Below, one piece after another: positions 53,964 to 64,000 of a stretch of DNA of 64,000 nt (position 1 is its first letter; every line of letters begins with the position of its first letter). A program made the position numbers and the translations under genes. The stretch spans positions 76,322,001-76,386,000 of the forward strand of contig OX597826.1 in assembly GCA_951406725.2 (NCBI GenBank), written 5' to 3'. The notes below the pieces were generated by a model. The model searched no databases. It had not been told where the DNA came from and saw only the letters and a list, made by a program, of their open reading frames with translations. The DNA comes from Octopus vulgaris (lineage: Eukaryota).

Positions 53964-56789
53964 AAATGTTTCAAAAATAGGTGAAAGAGCAGAAATTTGG
54001 GAGAAGAGTAAGAATTGATCGTATTGACTCCAGTATTTGACTGATAGTGGATTTTATCCCATTCTGAAGGATAAACGACAAAGGTGATCTGGGAGGATTC
54101 TGAACTCAGAACACAAAGTTCTAAAACAAACACCGAAAGGTATTTTTGTTTCGGTTCTCTGTTATTACATCATGGCGTAGTAATCGTTTCAATTTGACGA
54201 GTGGTGGGTTGTCGATTGACTGTAGCTCTTGGTTGGTATTTCATTTGATCCATCCTAGGAGGATGAAAGAATAAATTTGACCTCGGCGGGATTTGAAATC
54301 GGAGCGTAAAAAAAATGGGATAAATATCGCAAGGAATTTTTCTGGCGCTAGTATTCCTATTATTATGGTTTCTGTGGCTGTAACAAAACTGCAATAAAAA
54401 CGGACAGAAAAAAAGCTACGATAACATAAATAATAACAGAAAAAAAAAAAAACAACCAAGAGCAAAAACAAAATAAAAACAAAAGCATCCGACAAAAATT
54501 ACAAAAACCAACAACAGCAACATTAGCATGAACAACAAAAGCAGCCACATAGAAAATTTTTGTTTCCGACAAGTGTTGGTTTTGTTTGATATTTTATATT
54601 TTAGCCATTTATACATATTTTTTCATAGATCTTTTATCTTTTTAGTTTCACACCCATTTTGTTGTATTTACTACACAATTTTTCTAGTACGGATCAGTTT
54701 ACTATGGATTTTTTTGAAATGTCTACTATGGATTTTCCTGGTAAAGTCCAGTTTTTATCAAGCCTCATTTCCATTCAGCTTTTATAAAATTCCTTTGAAG
54801 TAAGAGAGCTATTGTAAATATTAAGAGCAACTGCGACCAGAACCTTTCATTTCATTGTCTCAAAATCATATCCTGCTGGTTTTAGTTTTAGCAGTTCTTA
54901 AACAAGAAAACTAAACATTATAAAACTAGAAAAAAAAAACAAAAAAAAAAAAAAACGAAAGAAGAAAGCAAGGAGCTAAGAGAATCAACCCGTTAACTGG
55001 AAACTGGGGTTTCGGTACCCGGATGCATACAATCCTTTCGTTTAGGAGATGAATTAATTCCTCCTTTTTTTATTGTTTCATCTAAGGATTTTTTAAAATA
55101 TCATTTTATAGATTTTTTTTAGAGGAACCGAAACTATATATAAATATACATATCGAACACTGAGATTATCTCCCCTTCATATACGTAGTTGATCTCAATC
55201 CTAATGGTTCTATCTTTCCTGGAAGCAAAGAAACTTTTAAAATAACAAGAATTTATCTCTCGGGACGGGGAGCTCAATTAAGATCATACGTAGTTGCTTT
55301 CCTCTATCCATTATTTGCATTATTCGCGCTCAAATTTTGTTACTCTGTACATAGATAATTTATCGAGTATTTTGGGTGTTTTCGGCAAAGCACATTACCA
55401 CGTACATATGCATGAGAATGTACAAAGCGTAGCTGCGAAGATGGTGATCGTTTGACGAAGAAACGCATAGACCTAAATCTCATACAATGATCGAATAGAT
55501 AACAATTAACATCCTGTCATTAGCATCGAACCTTTTTTGTTTATCTAAATCATCCAGAGTCTCTTTGCCCCTTTAAAAGATGAGGGAAACTTTTCGCAGT
55601 GATTCGTAAAGTGCCTTAGGACCACAAATATAATTTTTCTCTTAGAGAAATGCCATGAATCGCCTCCAAAACATACATTAAATAATGTAGTCCGAGATAC
55701 ATTATGCCTGAAGAATAAAGGTGGGGAGGTCATGGGTGGGATATAGAATGCCGTAACTAATAAAAATTAACGAAATGTTAAAAACGAAACGTTAACGACG
55801 ATAAAAAGAAAAATATGTTGACATAATACAATAACATGGCTTTATTTGGTCAATGAGTAAAGTATAATGAGTTACATACAAACAAGATAAACAGTGATGA
55901 CCCTCCCCACCCCGATCATTTTGCTCAATGACTAAAATAAAATGAGTTAGATAACTTGTCAGAAAAGATGTACGATTGAGTGCCTAATTATCTCGGCAAA
56001 TTTACGGAAAAAGATGTAATTAAAGAAAGCCACAAAATTATCTGGGAGAGATGGAAGGTGAGGGTGTCCCTAAATGGCAATTAGTTCGACGTTGTTTTGC
56101 TGTATTTCTTCTCTATATTTGCTTTTTAATTAACCCTTAGCAAGAATGTTAGTCGAACACCGATTCTATTAATAATTTCCTTTACACCGAATTGTTTTCA
56201 CTTATTTACTTACCGAAATGAATGCTGTAGGCCAGGAGGTAGAGTTTCAGCAAATCGAATCTGCCAAACAGGTTTCCAGCGTTGGTTACAACAATTTCCT
56301 TTGATTTTCGTCACAGATATGACATAAACATTACAATTTCTCTTTTTTGCTTCAGAATTATTCTATTACACTGATGCCGACTAAAATTAGAACAGCAGAT
56401 CCTGGAAGCAAATCTAGAGAATACACAGAGACACAGAGACACAGAAAGTGTATCTTCCACTGGCTCTTTCTAATTTGTGTGTGTCGCAGCTGGTAAAGTT
56501 GATAGAGTATCACCTTATAGAACGAAGAGCGGGGTTTTGCATCTTATCATCGTTGCTGCGTGTCCCTTTATCATTGATAGCTAAATCTAAATAACTAATA
56601 CTTAATTTATAGCCCCTGGTGAATTACAGTTTAACAGAGTAAACCAGATACACGCCGTAGTGTTATCACAATACGAATTGCGGTTTATTTTCGGCGGAGG
56701 AGGAAAGGACAAGTTCCAGTAAACTTCTTTGCGTTAGGCGATGGTCTACCAGATCGATAGTTTATAGTATATCAATACATAAGCATATC

Positions 56790-56872
56790 TGTATGGTAAG
56801 AAGCTTGCTTCCCAACCATAGGGTTCCGAGTTCAGTCCCATTGCGTGGCACCTTGGATAAGCATCTTCTGCT
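56790..56872 (+). mobile_element. SINE family B head fragment
   Basis: tggtaagaagcttgcttcccaacc...gttcagtcccattgcgtggcaccttgg. Confidence 0.8.
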
Positions 56873-57414
56873 AGAGATTTAGCCTATGTTGCCAACGAGC
56901 GAGATTTAAACTGCCTCATGCAGTATCTATGAACAGAAAGCGGTCGTGGTGTTCATTTATTCCTCCAAGGGGAACGAACTGGTAGATTTGTTAGAGCTGT
57001 GTGCAGAATGCCTGGCTGTATTTATTGCAAACTCTTGTGCTCACAGATCAAATTTCACCGAGGTCAACTTTCTCTTTCAATTCTTCTGGGATCGATAAAT
57101 AATGTATCAGCCCTGTAATGTGACCGATTCTTCTCAGACATGGAAAAGGACGGTTTCTACCACGTTTAGATGCCCCAAATTAGCTGTATATCACGATTGT
57201 TTCTCTACGACTCTACCGTTGCGAGTTGAGAGCCCGAAAAGTAAGGTAAATCAAATACCAATTCAGTATAGGTATCATTCTTCCGTGTCTTTGAGTTGCA
57301 CCTGTAAATTCAAAGATCCACTCTTACCTTACCTTATAATGTCGCACTGATTAAGCCAAAGGAGTAAGAATTACATTAAGGATACATATGTATGTGGAAT
57401 ACATATGAATACAT

Positions 57415-57649
57415 AAGGCGGCGAGGGGGCAGAAACGTTAGCACGCCGAGCGAAATGCTTAGCGGTATTTCGTCTGTCTTTACATTCTGAGTTCAAATTC
57501 CGCCGAGGTCGACTTTGCCTTTCATCCTTTCGGGGTCGATAAACTAAGTACCAGCTACGCACTGGGGTCGATATAATCGACTTAATCCGTTTGACTGTCC
57601 TTGTTTGTCCTTTCTGTATTTAGGCCCTTGTGGGTAGTAAAGAAATAGG
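57415..57649 (+). mobile_element. SINE family A, full copy with flanking 20-bp direct repeat
   Basis: Colinear with 51787; tacatatgtatgtggaatac at 57383-57402 and 57650-57669. Confidence 0.92.
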
Positions 57650-58069
57650 TACATATGTATGTGGAATACTCCGACTCTTACATGTTGTACGTCAAGTCCG
57701 AATTCAGGGGATCGAACAAGTGAATGGGTCAAGTTGAAACATGATTGAGCAAGCAAGTCAATGACTTTTGTCGAGAATCGAAACAGAGAAACGTTTCAAC
57801 CTAGAGGAATGTTTAGCAATTACGCAACCACTTTGGGGCTGCTTTTTTTTTTTTTTTACCAAAGCTACTTAATACGCCAGAAAATTTGAAGCAGATCAGA
57901 TAAATATTTATCTTGAGCAAAAATGTTACAAAAATTGTGGCAAACCATGTAAATATTTCTCTTGAGCAAAAAAGAAAAAAAAAAAAACTCAGCTTATGTT
58001 AATAGTCTTTTTGTATTGATTAACACTTTTTTCCGTCCACATTATATATGTAATACATATATACATACA

Positions 58070-58208
<139 letters not shown>

Positions 58209-59282
58209 GTATGTGTGTGTGTGTATGTATATACGTATATATTTCCGTAATGCTATAGAATGTTCCAATGCCATTTTAGCATATGTCGCTGTAGGCATTA
58301 AAGGATTGAGGTTCTTTTGAGCTTGAAAACACATAGCAGTGGATTGCTTTTTCCATTGATTTCTCTGGAGTCTTGACATTTGGAGGTTACAGTGGGAAAA
58401 ATTCAAGAAGGACGTTAAACGTATCAAATCGTTTTTTTTTTGTACATCCATACATGCATAGAATATAGACTTACATAATGCAAACACGCATATATGTACA
58501 TACATGTATGCACACATACAAATGTATAAGTATGTATATATATATATGTATATATATGTATGTGCATATATGTATTATATATGTGTGTGCATGTATGTTT
58601 ATATATGTATGCATGTATGTATGTATCTATCTATATGTATATATCTATATGTATATATATGTATATATATATATGTGTGTGTGTATCTATATATATATAT
58701 ATATGCATACATGTATGAATGTATGTATGTATGATTCTGTGTGTATGAGTGTGTTTATTATATATATATGTATGTGTACATATATGTACAAATATTAACG
58801 TACACATATGTATTAATGTGTATCTAATGAGGTGAGGTTTAGGGGTAAGTACTGAAGTTTTGTTAATATTCATGTATACTGCAGGCAGATAGCTGCATCA
58901 ATTATAACATTTAGAGCAAGAGAGGGAGAGCGAAAGAGAAAGAGAGAGAGAGAGAGAGAGAAAAGGGAGAGAAGGAAAGAGTGAGAGAGAGTGAGAGATC
59001 AACATACACTTTCCATAACTGAACTATAAAGAAGTTTCTAATAATGATAACGGATAACATTAAAACGAAGCAAGAGAATTTTATTTTGGCGGATGGAGAG
59101 GTGGATTGAGGTGGAGGAAGGAAATGTCTAATTTGATTAAATCAAGCCCACATTTGACTAGAACCTATTTTATCAAGGATGAAAGGCCAAACCGGCGACC
59201 ACATAATTTGAAAGCCGAACTAAACGCAGCATGGCGTTTTGGTCCGTTGCTCCAACGATTCTGCCAATCGAACGCTCAGGAG

Positions 59283-59340
59283 AATAATAATAATAATGAT
59301 AATAATAATCATAATAATAATAATAATAATGATGATAATG

Positions 59341-59389
<49 letters not shown>

Positions 59390-59436
59390 TGATAATGATA
59401 ATAATAATAATAATAATGATGATGATGATAATGATA

Positions 59437-59468
<32 letters not shown>

Positions 59469-59475
59469 GATAATG

Positions 59476-59506
<31 letters not shown>

Positions 59507-59508
59507 TG

Positions 59509-59582
<74 letters not shown>

Positions 59583-59679
59583 AATAATATTAATAATAAT
59601 AATAATAACAATAATAATAATAAAATAATAAAAAATAATAACAATAATAATAATGATAATAATAATAATAATAATAATG

Positions 59680-59728
<49 letters not shown>

Positions 59729-59740
59729 TAATAATAATAA

Positions 59741-59798
<58 letters not shown>

Positions 59799-59807
59799 TA
59801 ATAATAA
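59283..59807 (+). repeat. (AAT)n/(GAT)n trinucleotide array
   Basis: Direct inspection. Confidence 0.97.
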
Positions 59808-59809
59808 TT

Positions 59810-60700
59810 TCTTATGTTGGGAAAAGCCATAAATTGTGAAGGAAGAAGCAGTCGATTAAATCGAAGCCACTTCTGCTATGGTATTTTATTTTATGGAGCT
59901 CGGAAAGATAAAAGTCAAAGTCGACCCCAGTGGGATTTGAACTTAGAACGTAAAGGGAGGTAATTACATACCACATGACATTTTGACGAACACTCTACTA
60001 ATTCTCCCATCTATAGTAACCATAGAATCTACCACAAGGACAAAGCTAGAAATTTGATGGGAGGAGAATAATCGATTTTATTGACTCCAGTTCTTCACTG
60101 GTACTTTATTTTATCCTTTTGTACTCAAGGTACAAGGCCCGAAATTTTTGGGGAGGGGCCAGTCGATTAGATCGACCTCAGTATGCAACTGGTACTTAAG
60201 TTATCGACCCTGAAAGGATGAAAGGCAAAGTAGACCACGGCGGAATTTGAACTCAGAACATAAAGACATGAAATACCGCTAAGCATTTCGCCCCGCGTGC
60301 TAACATTTCTGCCAGCTCTCACCGCCTTAGATAGGATTATTTTATCGTCCCCGAAAAAATAGTATGTTGACCTCATGAAGAAATTGGAGCAAATACTGCC
60401 AGAAATTTTGCCCAATGCTCTGCCACTACCACCACCACAACCACCACCACCACCACTACAATCTCTACTACCACCACCACTACCACCACCACTAACACCA
60501 CCACCATCACCACTACTACTACTACTACTACAACAACAACAACAAATCCTTTCTAAAACAGACTGGGAGACCGAAGTTTTGTCGGGTTGATACATCGACC
60601 TCGAAAGGATGAAAGGCAAAAATCGACCACGGCGGTATTTGAGCTCAGAACGTAAAAACGGAGGAAATGCCGCCCAGCATTTGGTCTGGCGTGCCAACAT
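59810..60700 (-). mobile_element. Cluster of family A SINE copies of differing divergence
   Basis: Best copy about 60115-60328; diverged copies near 59820-60000 and 60590-60700. Confidence 0.8.
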
Positions 60701-60926
60701 CCCCTCCTCCCCCTCCTTCTTCTCTTCTTCCTCCTCCCCTCCTCCTCTACCCATACTCCTCTACCCTCTCCTCCTTCTTCTCCTCCTCCTCTTTCAGTCC
60801 TCCCCTCCCCTCTTCCTCCTCTCCTTCTCCTCCTCTCCCAATCCTCGCCCCCAACCTCCTCCCCTTCCTACTCATCCCCTTTACTCATTGACCAAATAAA
60901 GCTTTGCACATTTCTCAATGTGCTCA

Positions 60927-61132
60927 GACGTAGATGCACACTGCATCGACAACAGATTGCATTCCCAGAATACAGAATGATACCTTTTAGTGAGCACATT
61001 GAGAAATGTGCAAAGCAACTACTACCACAATTTTTAATCTTTCCATTTTACCAATGTGCAATCGGATCATCAACACAAATTAGACTAAACAAGGAAACAT
61101 TCTTCATTGAAAAGTACAAGCCCAGACTTAAC
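60927..61132 (+). pseudogene. Penelope-like GIY-YIG endonuclease C-terminal fragment, 5'-truncated
   Basis: RRCTLHRQQIAFPEYRMIPFSEHIEKCA...RLNKETFFIEKYKPRLN shows the R..H, H...C, E..FI..P.LN pattern of PLE endonucleases; the N-terminal GIY/YIG motifs are absent. Confidence 0.78.
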
Positions 61133-61260
61133 CATCCCAACATACTGATACAGAGAAATTCACACCAAGGGAAAACAAAAATCTCATTACCTCCCCTTAT
61201 TTAGAACTCTTTTGAACATAAACATAACGATAACCCTGTTCAACATAAACATAACGTCGC

Positions 61261-61299
61261 AAGAAATTTGAAAAGCTAAACGCGAAACCGGTCTTTCTT
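61261..61299 (+). ncRNA. Minimal hammerhead motif (U3-A8 variant) downstream of the GIY-YIG fragment
   Basis: aagaaa-t-TTGAAAA-gc-taaac-gc-GAAA-ccgg-TC-tttctt; palindromic ACCGGT stem III; 2-bp stem II and a 1-nt bulge weaken the call. Confidence 0.55.
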
Positions 61300-61481
61300 C
61301 TAAATTATGTCATTATAAGAGAAAAAAAAAATTTTAATATTCTTCAAAAATTTTTTTAATATTCTTCAGACATATTGACGCAAATACATATTTTTTAACA
61401 TTTAAGCCTTCTGTAGTTTTTTCACTTTTTACTATTTTCTATATATTCAACCACGTGCTTTCACAAACAGACTTTCTTATC

Positions 61482-61527
<46 letters not shown>

Positions 61528-61528
<1 letters not shown>

Positions 61529-61870
61529 GAGAAAAACGCCCCATGTCCAATGGACGGTGCTGTGTTGTCAAACATTTAAACCAAATTTTCTCAAAACAAC
61601 TTGTCCGAACCCCCCATAGGCCTCCCCTTTGATAAACACTGACTTAACCTAAAAGACGGATTTCGACTGATGTACTTGCGCGTACAAATGCACGTTCACA
61701 CGGTTTTATCGATCGTATTCTCACCTGGAATCGATTTTTGTAATTTTTTCAAGACTTATACACGCCCTGATACCGTCGGTTTCTACATATCGAATTTGAG
61801 CTCGATCGGATGGAGGATGCCCGAGATTCTAGAAGACACACACACACACAGACAGAACGGATTTTATATA

Positions 61871-61873
<3 letters not shown>
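61528..61873 (-). mobile_element. Helitron-like non-autonomous fragment (second family)
   Basis: Minus strand begins TCTTATATAAAA followed by ctgtctgtgtgtg, like the 7040 element 5' end; (TA)n on both sides; no CTAG end seen. Confidence 0.55.
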
Positions 61874-61929
<56 letters not shown>

Positions 61930-62031
61930 GGAGTAAACACATGAATGTGAAACAAGGTGGAAAAAAGAGTACTCGAATACCAGTGGTAGAGTAATATGCT
62001 TTATTTAAAGCAGCAGAAAATTCAACAAAAC

Positions 62032-62069
62032 CTGTTACTCTGAGTTTCCCGTTGCCGTTCGTCGGACAG
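62032..62069 (-). ncRNA. Minimal hammerhead motif (C4 variant) in a PLE-like terminal repeat (about 61928-62070)
   Basis: Minus strand ctgt-CCGACGA-acg-gcaa-cgg-GAAA-ctcagag-TA-acag; stem II has a terminal mismatch. Confidence 0.6.
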
Positions 62070-62070
62070 T

Positions 62071-62565
62071 TATATAAAAGAAGTTTGAAAACGCCACTAT
62101 ATAAGATAAATTTTAATTTTCTTAGAGATTTTACAGGTTTCCGTTCTTCTTGTAAAAGCGAACCTTATCAAAAATATTTTTAAAAGTTAACTGTAATAAA
62201 AAAAATTCATCATTGTTTCTTACAAATCTCAACTGAGTCCACGTGGTGGTGTTTTGTGTAGGGGAGCATACCGGCTGTCATGTGCGTTGACTAGATTCGT
62301 TGGTTGTAATCGTGAAAATGGTCAAGGTGAAACTAGTCAACGCACAAGATAACCACAAGACAGCCATTATGCTCCCCTCCACAAAACACCACTACGTGGA
62401 CTCTGTTGAGTCTAGTAAGAAACAATTATGCACCTTTTTCTTACACTTAACTTTTAAAAATATTTTTGATAAGGTTCGTTTTTTCAAGAAGAACCGAAAC
62501 GTAAAATCTCTAAGAAAATTAAAATTTATCTTATATAGTGGAGTTTTCAAACTTCTTTATATATA
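62071..62565. mobile_element. Fold-back element, arms about 62071-62295 / 62333-62565, each with a U3-A8 hammerhead motif
   Basis: aaagaagtttgaaaac.ccactatataagataaattttaattttcttagagattttac mirrored; motifs at 62462-62507(+) and 62128-62175(-). Confidence 0.88.
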
Positions 62566-62585
62566 CCCACTCGTATGCCACCACT

Positions 62586-62625
<40 letters not shown>

Positions 62626-62695
62626 TTATATATTTATTTATTTATAATATGTTCATATATACGTATATGTATATTATACAAATATTCTTGCAGGT

Positions 62696-62750
<55 letters not shown>

Positions 62751-62828
62751 GTACTTTTTATTTATTTTGGTTTCTAACAATCAGTCATCCCAATATCATA
62801 CACACACATATATATATATATATGCGCA

Positions 62829-62865
<37 letters not shown>

Positions 62866-62887
62866 ATACACATATGTATGCACACAA

Positions 62888-62922
<35 letters not shown>

Positions 62923-63569
62923 AAATGCTCAAACGTATACAAAAGAATTTATCTGTCCCTTACATGTTATCATCATCCTTAGCTCTCTCTCTCTGATTCT
63001 CTTTAATACACACACAGACACTCACACATACACACATGTACGTGTTTATGCATATATATATATATATATACGAATATTACACACACACACACACACACAC
63101 ATGTATATACGCACCTAGCTAGGCATGTATATTGTTTCATAATGATATCTGCAAACACAATTCGTTAATATTTATGCTGTTCTAATGATTGCCCCCATTG
63201 ACAATCAACTTCCGTGTAACTATGATTAATGATGGTGGCAAAATTTTGAGTTGAAGTAGCCACCTACCGACGTGTGTATGTATGTATGTATGTATGTATG
63301 TATGTATGTATGTATGTATGTATGTATGTATGTATGTATGCATGCATGTATGTATGTATGTATGTATGTGTGTGTGTATGTATGTATGTATGTATGTATG
63401 TATGTGTGTGTGTGTGTATGTAGGTATGTATGTGTGTGTGTGTATGTAGGTATGTATGTATTTTTGTATATACATACATTCATTTATATATATATATATG
63501 TATATGTTTGTATACAAGCACACACATATTTACATATATATACACATAGCTATACATATATTTATACAT

Positions 63570-63606
<37 letters not shown>

Positions 63607-63661
63607 TTCATTTATATATAAGTATATATATGTATATACACACTCACATGTTTACACACAA

Positions 63662-63702
<41 letters not shown>

Positions 63703-63722
63703 CATAGGTATAGATGCAAGTT

Positions 63723-63754
<32 letters not shown>

Positions 63755-63852
63755 TTAATTTATATATATATATATGTATATGTATGTATATACGCACACA
63801 TATATTTACATAAATATATACATAGTTATACATATATTTATACATGTGTGTG

Positions 63853-63886
<34 letters not shown>

Positions 63887-64000
63887 TAGAAATATATGCA
63901 TATGCTTTGTTACAAACACAAATTTATATACACCAACAGATACACATACTTTCTGATGTAAATATGTAAATAAGCATGCGCACGCATACACACACACGCA

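Noticed and set aside
59106-59747. 213-aa poly-Asn ORF
   Set aside because: An (AAT)n array preceded by a decayed SINE; no coding evidence.

Overview
AT-rich, extremely microsatellite-rich eukaryotic non-coding DNA. The SINE repertoire and repeat landscape look like an octopus genome (inference from recalled repeat sequences, not a database hit). I find no host protein-coding exon that I can support. Nearly all ORFs in the track are artefacts of (TA)n, (CA)n, (TATC)n, (TTTC)n, (ACC)n or (AAT)n repeats. Supported content: (1) five interspersed SINE-like families (four with tRNA-like heads); (2) one tRNA-Asp(GTC) copy with four substitutions, enclosed by an inverted repeat; (3) an internally deleted mariner, a hAT-type MITE and non-autonomous Helitrons; (4) decayed LINE fragments (L1/Tx1-like and R4/Dong-like); (5) Penelope-like (PLE) RT and GIY-YIG remnants. 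The most interesting signal is a set of fold-back, mostly (TA)n-embedded elements carrying minimal hammerhead-ribozyme motifs. Non-canonical cores recur in unrelated elements: a compensatory U3-A8 pair in two and C4 in two. Several unique islands dense in TCF and posterior-Hox-type motifs, plus one strong CTCF-like site, suggest regulatory DNA of a gene outside the window.
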